From positions 1,970 through 65,969 of the forward strand of contig NIVC01002055.1 of assembly GCA_002269645.1 (NCBI GenBank): DNA of 64,000 bases, read 5' to 3'. Under the pieces are notes generated by a model. That model was not told where the DNA came from. It did not search any database and saw nothing but the letters and a program-made list of their open reading frames with translations. This DNA is from Macrostomum lignano. Taxonomy: Eukaryota. Of this stretch, positions 47,587 to 59,404 are shown in pieces (within the stretch, counting starts at the first letter, position 1; every line of letters begins with the position of its first letter). The position numbers were made by a program, and so were the translations under genes.

Positions 47587-50500
47587 CTACAACTGGCTGT
47601 TGCCATGGTGACCAGCAGTATTTCTGCCGCCGCAGAGGCTGGCAAAGACGGCCAGCTGCTGCCAGAAGGCGGCCGCATCCTGCAGACAAACCGATGCAGT
47701 TGAGGGCAATCCGAAGGCTGACGAAGCAGAGGGCATCGACAGTGTCGAATGAGGCGGCGGAGGCGGCGGCGGCGGAGGCGGTAGCGGAGGCGGCGGCAGA
47801 ACGAACCGGGGCGGTGCGACAAACTAAAAGAATCGTGTACAACGTAATGTTTTGCGACGTTAGCTCACTGCCTTCAAGCATATGAAATGGTAAGTTTAAA
47901 TCCGGATGCTTATAAACACTGCTCAGTCTACTCACCGGAAACCGCGGCAGAGGCACCACAGGCTTGGAGCCGTGGATCAGGGTGCAGCCTGGAATTAAAT
48001 GAAAGAAGAGCTGTGTTAGTTGCCATGGAGCGTCCGGTCTTCATTGGGAAGGTTGGGGTTCGAATCTAGCAGCGGTTCGGTGTAATGATGTGAAATATAT
48101 ATTTACGATGCTTATTTATACTACTATGCTTCGTTAGAGAAGTGAGAAGTAGCAAGTAAAGCGTATATAGTAATGTTAAAAGTTTCTGCATTTTTTCGAT
48201 TATCAGCCAAACCGATATGTATCGAAAATTGTAAAAATTGCCTTCTTTGTACAAGCTTAGTGCATCACTACCTCTAATAGAAGAATAATATTGCCAGCCA
48301 GGAAATTCAAACAAAAACGATTTGTTGTCATTAAAATCTCAAAAAAATATGATGCGTCAAATAATTATATACTGCACAAGCCTACTCTTCTACTAAAAGT
48401 AGAATAAAGGAATTCATATCATAGTAGAAATTAAACACCGAACCGATATGTATCGAAAAAATAATAACAAAGCGGAGAAAAACACTAACCCGGTAAATTA
48501 GCCAAGAGTCCAAGATCCTGCAGTCCGCTCGCATCGCTCCCGATCCCATCTTCGACGGCGTTGTCAAATTCGTTTCCCATCTCTTCGCTGTGGAAATTCT
48601 CTTCTTCCGTGGTGATTCCGGCTTGCTGTTGAAGCTCGGACGATTCGACGAGCTCCCGGTCGCCGCCGCCGAGATGCCTCTGGCAGTCGGTGGCATTGGC
48701 GCTGTTGACCTGCTTGCGCCATCGGGCGCGCCTGTTGCTGAACCAGACCTGCACCTTGGACTCGGACAGCGCCACCGCCGTGGCGAGGGCCTCGCGCATG
48801 GCCAGGCTGGGGTAGTGCGTCTGCTGGAACGCCGCCTCCAGCGCGCGAACCTGCTGGTCGCTGAAAGTTGTCCGGCATCGGCGACCGCTGCCAGATTTCT
48901 GCTGCTGCTGCTGCTGCTGATGCTGGCTGTTGATTGACAGCTCCGAGTTGTCCGGAGCTTCCAGGCTGGCGACAGCCGCCTCAGCATCGGACGGAGTTGT
49001 CGAAGTCACCAGCGAGTTTGCCGGCGGGCTGCCGTTTCTGCACTGTCGATTGGATGAAGCAACGGCTTCCACTGCCGGCACCTCTTCAGCTACGAGGCCA
49101 TCGTTAGAGTCTTCGCATGCGGCGGTTGAAGAGGCCTGCTGATGCTGATGCTGCTGTCTGAGCTTCTTCTGCTGCGACTGCTGGCCAGCGTCTGCAGATG
49201 ACGAGCTGTTCGAGTCTGCGAGAGCGCGAGGTTTCAAATGGCCCTGCCCGTTACCTTTGGCGATTGTAAGCGCTTTGAATGGGAGCGGCAGAGGCTACAC
49301 AGAGGGCACACAGAGGTACACAGAAGACACACAGAGGGACACAGAGGGCACACAGAAGGGCACACAAGAGGGACACACAGAGGGGCACACAGAAGGGCAC
49401 ACAGTGGGCACACAGAGGGACAGAGAGGACACACAGAGGGCAAAAAGAGGGCACACAGAGGGACACAGAGGGCACACAGAAAACATAGAGGGCACACAGA
49501 GGGCATAGAGGGGCATGCAGAGGGACACAGAGGGCACACAGAGGGACACAGAGTACACACAGAGGGCACACAGAGGGACACAGAGTACACAGAGGGCACA
49601 CAGAGGGACACAGAGTACACACAGAGGGCACACAGAGGGCACACAGAGGGCACACAGAGGGCACACAGAGGGCACACAGAGGGCACACAGAGGGCACACA
49701 GAGGGCACACAGAGGGACACGGAGTACACACAGACGGCACACAGAGGGACACAGAGTACACACAGAGGGCACACAGAGGGCACACAGAGGGCACACAGAG
49801 GGCACACAGAGGGCACACAGAGGGACACGGAGTACACACAAAGGGCAAACAGAGGGACACAGAGTACACACAGAGGGCACACAGAGGGCACACAGAGGGC
49901 ACACAGAGGGACACGGAGTACACACAGAGGGCACACAGTGGGACACAGAGTACACACAGAGGGCACACAGAGGGCACACAGAGGGCACACAGAGGGCACA
50001 CAGAGGGCACACAGAGGGCACACAGAGGGACACAGAGGGCACACAGAGGGACACAGAGTACACACAGAGGGCACACAGAGGGACACAGAGTACACAGAGG
50101 GCACACAGAGGGACACAGAGTACACACAGAGGGCACACAGAGGGCACACAGAGGGCACACAGAGGGCACACAGAGGGCACACAGAGGGCACACAGAGGGC
50201 ACACAGAGGGCACACAGAGGGACACGGAGTACACACAGACGGCACACAGAGGGACACAGAGTACACACAGAGGGCACACAGAGGGCACACAGAGGGCACA
50301 CAGAGGGCACACAGAGGGCACACAGAGGGACACGGAGTACACACAAAGGGCAAACAGAGGGACACAGAGTACACACAGAGGGCACACAGAGGGCACACAG
50401 AGGGCACACAGAGGGACACGGAGTACACACAGAGGGCACACAGTGGGACACAGAGTACACACAGAGGGCACACAGAGGGCACACAGAGGGCACACAGAGG

Positions 50501-53500
50501 CACACAGGGCACACAGAGGGACACAGAGTACACACAGAGGGCACACAGAGGACACACAGAGGGCACACAGAGGGCACAGAGGGACACAGAGGACACACAG
50601 AGGGCACATTCGAACCCCTTCACAATGAAATTCCCGCCAAAATCTAGTGAACCACCTCCAACTTATTGCTACAGCAGAGAAGCCAAAAGAAAGTGTCAAT
50701 TATTCATGGCAACTCGCCGCCCCATCTCAAGCTTCAATCAATCAGAGGACGGCTCTGCTACTCACACGCCTCACGAATCCGATGACTGGCCCAGTTTCAG
50801 GCGGTAATCGCATACAAATAGGCATTAACTCAATGCGAGCGTGGGTGAGTCTAGATTAGCTACTTCGTATACGAATAGATGAAACAGGTCGAACTCGGTA
50901 TTTTTCGAATAGTTTCCTATCCCCCCAAAGAACACCGAAATCCCCAACGGCAGGTGATGCGACTATGGCAACAACAAGGGAAACAGGTACATAGAGTAGA
51001 GCATAGAGCCTGCATCCTTGTCCAGGTGGTCATATGGCCGCAGGTTTTTAACGCGTGATTGCGCACGGAGGCACAACTAAGCAGCAAGCGACATGTGTAT
51101 CTAGCTGAGCATGTGGGCTGGCGGCACCTCAGTTCTCCCTCACTCAATATTCGCCGTCAGCACATGAAGCACACTGACAGGTTGGTGGAAGAAATAAATG
51201 ACTTTGCATACAACTTTACAAGCCTAGTTGTTGGCTGTGTTCGGAGCCGCGGCAACTTTTAGTAGAGAATTAAGAATCATTCAAGCAAGCGAACACAACT
51301 GACAAAATGCCGGTGTTCAGAGCGTGTTGTATATAAAAGTCAAGGCTGGACAAGCCTCTCTGTGGCCCAGCGGACAGATGCACCCTGAGGGGTGTATTAG
51401 AATCCCAACTGAACGAGGGAATATATCCCAGGACAAGATATCTGTGAATAACGCCCATTTAATTGCAATTGATTTATTTGAGTCCCCCGTGTGCTTCGTC
51501 CACTTTTTTCTCTCCTACTATAATGACTGATGAAGCGCCCGTGAGGCTGACTGACTTCATCGGAGGTGTCAAGCTCTTCTTCTGGGCACCGGCGCACAAA
51601 AAATAACGTCAGAGGAGTCAAGGCAGGGCAGGCAGTGCAGGAGGGCAGCTCAGCAAGTCAGCCAGCCATACATCACACCATTCTGTTGTGGGCGGTGCCT
51701 CATGTCAAGGTCCGAACCATCAGCCTCTCATCTTCTCATTGCAGCCCCACCATAATAGCGCGATTGATGACGAGTTTGGAGGATGGTGGAGGGTCCGGCA
51801 TGAATTTGACAGCCACTGCGCAATCGCGCTTCTTAAAACGCATTAACAGATTTTCACCTGGCTGGCGAAAGTGTTTTTTTCTCTTTCATTTGATACTTCA
51901 CTCCAACTATCTGAAACTCCTAAATTTCAGCTTAACTCTCTGAATCTAACCACTGATTCTCGAGTCTCCCTTATCCCTTTTCTTAATCCGACAAACCCTA
52001 CCTATCTCCCTTATCTCAACCTTAAAAAACTCTACATGTCCCTTATCTCAACCCTACATCTCCCTTATCTCAACCTTAAAAAACTCTACATCTCCCTTAT
52101 CTCAATCTTAAGCAACTCTACATCTCCCTTATCTCAACCCTACATCTCCCTTATCTCAACCTTAAAAAACTCTACATCTCCCTTATCTCAATCTTTAACA
52201 ACTCTACATCTCCCTTATCTCAACCCTACATGTCCCTTATCTCAACCCTACATGTCCCTTATCTCAACCCTACATCTCCCTTATCTCAACCTTAAAAAAC
52301 TCTACATCTCCCTTATCTCAATCTTAAGCAACTCTACATCTCCCTTATCTCAACCCTACATGTCCCTTATCTCAACCTTAAAAAACTCTACATCTCCCTT
52401 ATCTCAATCTTAAGCAACTCTACATCTCCCTTATCTCAACCCTACATCTCCCTTATCTCAACCTTAAAAAACTCTACATCTCCCTTATCTCAATCTTAAG
52501 CAACTCTACATCTCCCTTATCTCAACCCTACATATCCCTTATCTCAACCCTACATCTCCCTTATCTCAACCTTAAAAAACTCTACATCTCCCTTATCTCA
52601 ACCCTACATATCCCTTATCTCAACCCTACATCTCCCTTATCTCAACCTTAAAAAACTCTACATCTCCCTTATCTCAATCTCAAGCAACTCTACATCTCCC
52701 TTATCTCAACCCTACATCTCCCTTATCTCAACCTTAAAAAACTCTACATCTCCCTTATCTCAATCTTTAACAACTCTACATCTCCCTTATCTCAACCCTA
52801 CATGTCCCTTATCTCAACCCTACATCTCCCTTATCTCAACTCTACATCTCCCTTATCTCAACCCTACATGTCCCTTATCTCAACCCTACATCTCCCTTAT
52901 CTCAACCCCAGAAACCCAACATCTCCCAATCTCCCAATCCCCGCGTCCAGCCTCACCGCTGCGCCTCATCAACCGGCTGATGGCGGCCACGCTGGGTGCC
53001 GTCCGCTCGTCGCACAGCCCGCCAGCGACCAGACGAGCCCGAATCTCCCAGGCCGGCAGGCTGGGCTCCCGGGCCCGGATCGCTTGGATTCGCCGATCAA
53101 CCGGTTCCGCCACGGCTCGCCGGTTGCCGCCGGTGACGCCGGGTGTCACCGTGCCTGCCGTGCGCGGACAAGGTGCATGCACGGCTTTTACACATGTTTT
53201 TCTTCAGCTAAAACTTATACGCCTGAGATCTACTCACCTCTCAACAATGTGTCTTCTCTGCTCACTCTTTTCTCATTGTTTTGCATTCTATCCTTGAGAT
53301 TTATACTCCTAGGCCCGCTCTCTACTTCTCATTTCTCTGTTTCGCATGATTGTCTCTTTCTCATGGATCTCTCGTCTCTTTCTCATGGATCTCTCGTCTC
53401 TTTCTCATGGATCTCTCGTCTCTTTCTCATGGATCTCTCGTCTCTTTCTCATGGATCTCTCGTCTCTTTCTCATGGATCTCTCGTCTCTTTCTCACGGAT

Positions 53501-56500
53501 CTCTCGTCTCTTTTGCATAGATCACTTTGTCTCTTTCTCATGAATCTCTCGTCTCTTTCTCACGGATCTCTCGTCTCTTTCTCATGAATCTCTTGTCTCT
53601 CTCTCATGGATATTTCGTCTATTTCTCATGGATCTCTCGTCTCTTTCTCATGAATCTCTCGTCTCTTTCTCATAGATCTCATCTATCGTCTCTTTCTCAT
53701 GGATATTTTGTCTCTTTCTCACGGGTCTCTCGTCTCTTTCTCATGGATATTTTGTCTCTTTCTCGTGGATCTCTCGTCTCTTTCTCATGGATCTCTCGTC
53801 TCTTTCTCATGAATCTCTCGTCTCTTTCTCATAGATCTCATCTATCGTCTCTTTCTCATGGATATTTTGTCTCTTTCTCACGGGTCTCTCGTCTCTTTCT
53901 CATGGATATTTTGTCTCTTTCTCGTGGATCTCTCGTCTCTTTCTCATGGATTTCTCGTCTCTTTCTCATGGATCTCTCGTCTCTTTTTCATGGATCTCTC
54001 GTCTCTTTCTCACGGAACTCTCATATCTTTCTCAATCTTTTTCTAACTTAAGTAATCCGTCTAAATATCAATTGTATTATATTAAATACTTATTTTCAAA
54101 AGAAGCCTTACCTGTCTCCTGAAACCGTTGCAAGATCTTGCTCACGCATCCGTGACTGACCCGCAGTCGGCGGCTGATGTCGCAGGGCCGGACGCCTTTG
54201 CCAGCCAGTTCGACAATCTGCACCCGGACGTGGTGCGGCAGCGGCCGGCCGTTGATGAACACCCCGCCGAGCTGGTTGACCCGGCCTTGGCCTGCTAGGC
54301 GAACGCGTCAGAGAGCATGCGTGAATTTTTGTTTTTTAAAAATTTGTCGATTTTTTGTCCCTTGGTCTGCATTCCTGTCGTCTCTTGGTTGGCAGCCCCT
54401 GTCTCTTGGTTGGTGCCCCTGTCTCTTGGTGGGCGCCCCTGTCTCTTGGTGGGCGCTCCGTCTCTGGTTGGTGCCCCTTGTTGGGCGCCCCTGTCTCTGG
54501 TTGGCGCCCCTTGGTGGGCGCCCCTGTCTCTGGTTGGCGCCCGTTGTTGGGCGCCCCTGTCTCTGGTTGGCGCCCCTTATTATTTATTAGAGGCAGGGGG
54601 GTTGTGTGCACCCTGGCGCACTTTAAGCGACATAGGCACACAACCGGCGAGAGGCATTACTGCCCATTCCGCCGACTCCCCTGAGCAGGCATACAAGCGC
54701 GCGGATACGTTACGCAGGCACACACTCACACAGGAGTGTACAGCGGCCCTAACTTTATCAATTGTTAGGCATGTACACTTCACTGCGCCTTGGGGGGTTG
54801 GCTCTCAAGGCCGTTAATTGCACAAGCGAGCCAAGCCGAAATTCCAATTCAGCCCCAAATTAATGTGGCTGCACTTGGAATCGAGCCTGGGTAGCGGCAC
54901 ACCAGAGCAGCTGCGCTACCGCTGGGCTACGGCCCCCCGTTGGCGCCCCTTGGTGGGCGCCCCTGTCTCTGGTTGGCACCCCTTGGTGGGCGCCCCTGTC
55001 TATTGGTTGGCAACCCCTGTCTCTTGGTTGGCAACCCCTGTCTATTGGTTGGCAACCCCTGTCTCTTGGTGGGCGCCCCTGTCTCTTGGTTGGCGCCTCT
55101 GTCTCTTGGTGGTCTCCCCTTGGTGGGCGCCGGTCTCTTGGTGGGCGTCCCTGTCTCTTGGTGGGCGCCCCTGTCTCTTGGTTGGTGCCTCTGTCTCTTG
55201 GTGGTCTCCCCTTGGTGGGCGCCGGTCTCTTGGTGGGCGTCCCTGTCTCTTGGTGGGCGCCCCTGTCTCTTGGTTGGCGCCTCTGTCTCTTGGTGGTCTC
55301 CCCTTGGTGGGCGCCCCCACCCCTGTCTTAGGCCGCTGGAGGTTAACGTCCAACAGGTGGCAAAAGTCGAACTTCTGTCATTCGCCGAGCTCTTTCATTT
55401 ATAATTCGTTGTAGCGCAATTTTGTGGGGCCTTAGCCGCCTTATTTAGATTCATCTAACAGCTTAAAATCATTGCTTTCGTGCAGCAGGCGACTTAGGCT
55501 TACGCACTGTCTGTTGCTACACGATAGCATACGTGGTTTAAAGGCATCTTGGTATTGGTATAATAGCTAAACTGCTATAATTAACTTAATCAGTTCTAAA
55601 TGATAAATGACTGACCAGGTGTATAGGAGGAGCTCAAAAACAAAAGCTTTGTTATTCTATACCTGAAATCACTGTATTGGCACTCCAACTATCTACTATC
55701 TAACATCGCTTGCTCACACTTGCCTGCTCACTGGCGCGGAAGCTGAAATTATCCTCAAACAGAAATGATTTCAAAGTTGAAATATCCTCTTATATAATTG
55801 GCCTCGGGTGTATATGGGAAGGTGTATGGCACCATGCACCAGCCCGCATGCAAAAACTTGGCTAGACAGAGCATTCAAGCGAAGTGCAAAGGCTCCAATA
55901 TAAGCCTATAATGCATATATATGCCCAAGGGCGAAGATTAAACGGAATCATTGTTAAGCCTATACACTACAGCTCCATTGTAAATGACTTTGCCGAAATC
56001 TGGGAGACAAAAGTCAACGATGCGCGCGCGTCAAGGAGATTTTTGCTCTGCGAATAACTTTAAAAAATTCGCGTCGAAAACCTTTTTTTATCTTCCAGGC
56101 AATGGAATCCCTGGTTAGCCGGGAAATAACCCAGGTGAGGTGAAAAATATCCAAGATAGAATCCCTGGCAACTGTAAAATAACCAAGATGGAACCCCTGT
56201 CACCCATATCTATCTACAGAAACCCCTATTGTCACCCATATCTATCTACAGACAGAAACCCCTATTGTCACCCATATCTATCTACAGAAACCCCTATTGT
56301 CACCCATATCTATCTATAGAAACCCCTGTCACCCATACCAATCTATAAGAACCCCTGTTGTCACCCACATCTATCTATAGGAACCCCTGTCACCCACATC
56401 TATCTATAGGAACCCCTGTCACCCATATCTATCTACAGAAACCCCTATTGTCACCCATATCTATCTATAGAAACCCCTGTCACCCATACCAATCTATAAG

Positions 56501-57397
56501 AACCCCTGTTGTCACCCACATCTATCTATAGGAACCCCTGTGTCACCCATCTATCTATAGGAACCCCTGTCACCCATATCTATCTATAGGAACCCCTGTC
56601 ACCCATATCTATCTATAGAAACCCCTGTCACCCATATCTATCTACAGAAACCCCTGTTGTCACCCATATCTATCTATAGAACCCCTGTCACCCATATCTA
56701 TCTATAGGAACCCCTGTCACCCATATCTATAGGAACCCCTGTCACCCATATCTATCTATAGGAACCCCTGTCACCCATATCTAGGAACCCCTGTCACCCA
56801 TATCTATAGGAACCCCTGTCACCCATATCTATATAGGAACCCCTGTCACCCATATCTAGCTATAGGAACCCCTGTCACCCATATCTATATAGGAACCCCT
56901 GTCACCCATATCTATAAGAACCCCTGTCACCCATATCTATAAGAACCCCTGTCACCCATATCTATAAGAACCCCTGTCACCCATATCTATAGGAACCCCT
57001 GTCACCCATATCTATAAGAACCCCTGTCACCCATATCTATAAGAACCCCTGTCACCCATATCTATAAGAACCCCTGTCACCCATATCTATAAGAACCCCT
57101 GTCACCCATATCTATAGGAACCCCTGTCACCCATATCTATAAGAACCCCTGTCACCCATATCTAGCTATAGGAACCCCTGTCACCCATATCTATTTCCAT
57201 ATCTATTGGAAAAAACCTAGGTAATCCTTGTAAGGGTCCCTGTCGGTGACCTCTATATATATCACTTAAACTAATAGTAACTTACCGTCAAACATCATTG
57301 TCGGAAGCTGCGAGCGCCTTGCTGGCTGCTGCGGCTGAGGCAGCGGTGGTGGCGGTGGCGGTGGCGCTTGAGGGTGTGACAGGAAATTGTCCATCAT
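47587..57397 (-). CDS. Pax3/7: Pax3/7 (paired/gooseberry-type) transcription factor: paired domain + S50 homeodomain; 6 exons
   Basis: Exons 57397-57286, 54291-54112, 53154-52957, 49215-48490, 47988-47936, 47823-47587, GT-AG with phases 1,1,1,1,0. Paired domain [36 protein letters not shown] (Pax3/7-type GQGRV, FING, QETG). Homeodomain [25 protein letters not shown] with Ser50. The first exon and last two exons are less certain than the domain exons. Confidence 0.9.
49295..50608. repeat. 11-bp minisatellite (GGGCACACAGA)n with variant units, Pax intron 3
   Basis: Direct reading. Confidence 0.95.
52000..52910. repeat. 22-bp (TCTCCCTTATCTCAACCCTACA)n with longer variant units, Pax intron 3
   Basis: Direct reading. 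Confidence 0.93.
53350..54030. repeat. 22-bp minisatellite (CATGGATCTCTCGTCTCTTTCT)n, Pax intron 2
   Basis: Period 22 (53362, 53384). Confidence 0.94.
54375..55325. repeat. 20-bp minisatellite (GGGCGCCCCTGTCTCTTGGT)n, split by the family-B SINE, Pax intron 1
   Basis: Array segments about 54375-54576 and 54939-55325. Confidence 0.92.
54577..54938 (-). mobile_element. tRNA-derived SINE, family B, about 360 bp, in Pax intron 1
   Basis: Minus strand starts GGGGGGCCGTAGCCCAGCGGTAGCGC (A box) with GGCTCGATTCC (degenerate B box) and ends AATAAATAATAA. GTTGGCGCCCC lies on both sides. Internal part matches 27347-27429. Confidence 0.72.
56185..57197. repeat. 25-bp minisatellite (GAACCCCTGTCACCCATATCTATAR)n with TCTA expansions, Pax intron 1
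   Basis: Period 25 (56943, 56968). Confidence 0.93.
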
Positions 57398-57399
57398 TT

Positions 57400-57700
57400 T
57401 CCTCTCCAACCGAAAAAAACTTCCACTGATTAAAAGCGGCAAGCCTCAGTGCCGATGAGGGTTGGTCAACAGCTTGGCAATAAATAACTGCAGATTCCCA
57501 GTTATAAATTGCCTTCCATTTGTCTTAAACACCAGAGTGGAAGGGGAGCAGGGCAGCGCTGTGAGCCAGCCAATGAAAAGTTGAGCAGATAAATGTGGCG
57601 GAACCAATCAGACCGGACTTGAATCAGCGCTTGAATCATTTGTAAATAGTGAGGGGGGGCATTCTTATCGCAATTCCCTTAATCTATGAAAGCCTGTCTG
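57400..57700 (-). promoter_or_regulatory. Putative Pax3/7 proximal promoter region
   Basis: Non-repetitive segment upstream of ATG 57397 with an AT-rich TATA-like element (about 57500-57510), two CCAAT boxes (about 57570, 57604) and a TGTAAATA forkhead-type site. Based on position and motif only. Confidence 0.3.
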
Positions 57701-57984
57701 TCTCAGTGACTGTCGACTCGGAGGAACTGGAGTCGATTTCTCTTTGGGTATGGATCATTAGTTTCTCTTATTAGGGAGTCTTATCGCCTAGTAACTGTTA
57801 CTGCTACATGCTTCACTGCCTCTCGCTTGTTCCAATCTGCTTGATTTATTTGCAGGAACAGCTAGTGGGTGGCAGGGAGATGGATTGGGTGCGGAAGCGA
57901 ACTGAGAGACCAGCCCATCGAATTCAGCTTGTTTTTAACGGTCAAGACAGATGCTGAAGCTGAGAAATTGGATAATTAAAATAG

Positions 57985-58549
<565 letters not shown>

Positions 58550-59404
58550 CTGCATGCTGAGTATAGTTCACATCCATAAACCTCACTAATCAGCCAAAAT
58601 GCAAGATACAAGAGAATAAAAAGACAAAGTGAAAATATTGATGCTGGGTCTTAGCAGATCATGACGTCCCGAAATTCGATTCAGCCAGCCTCCCTCCTCC
58701 TACATCCCCTCAGCCGTCGCTCGTGCTAATTCGCAAAACCAGAGCAGCCTGGCGGGGGAGAGTAAAAATTCCTCACTATTAAAATTTGAAAATTTAAAAC
58801 AGCCCCCCCCCCTGCAGAGTCAGCCAGAGACTGCAGAATCCAAATGTATCCAAATTCCATGGCGTTATGAGCTGGGAGAGCAACAAGTTTTTTTTCTGCA
58901 AACCGCCGCCAGGGGCTTTGCGTTTAGAGATGCGCAAGGGCGGCGGCGGTGGGTTTGGAGGAAATTTCGTATTTTTGATGAGGCTGACAGGTGGCGCTGC
59001 TCTTGGAGCGAGGAAAAAGTGACAGTTGCGCAGATTGGCAGCGGCGGCGACAGCCTCTGGCGCGGGTGTTGGGCAGACCCAGTTAGCAGATAAAATTTCC
59101 TATTACATTATATAGGCCTATTAGGCCACTTAGACGGCCCGTTAAACCCGGGCCGTTAGCTTGCTGCAGGAGAAAGGTGCTCGCAACTGGAACATTATTC
59201 TGAAGGAATTTTAGGCCTATGCAGACTGATCCCCTTGAAGGACAACGGGCAATATAGAGAGCGGTATTGAGCTTGCCGCAGCTTAAAGATAGCTCAGACA
59301 TGCCACTGCAGTCATGATGCATGCAGTTCATCTCTGATGATGGAGAAATCTGGCGCGATATTTTGAACAGAATTTTTGAAAGTTTGAAGTTTACGGAGGG
59401 TCTT

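Noticed and set aside
50864-50875. loxP-like palindrome TTCGTATACGAA
   Set aside because: Only 12 bp with no spacer; many 12-bp palindromes are expected by chance in 64 kb.
54375-55325. Array of BMP/Smad response elements (GGCGCC + GTCT)
   Set aside because: Spacing is GGCGCC-N3-GTCT, whereas the established Smad1/5-Smad4 element requires N5.
58985-59003. CTCF-like motif CAGGTGGCGCTG upstream of Pax3/7
   Set aside because: The 5' half mismatches the consensus, it is a single occurrence, and CTCF may be absent from the inferred lineage.
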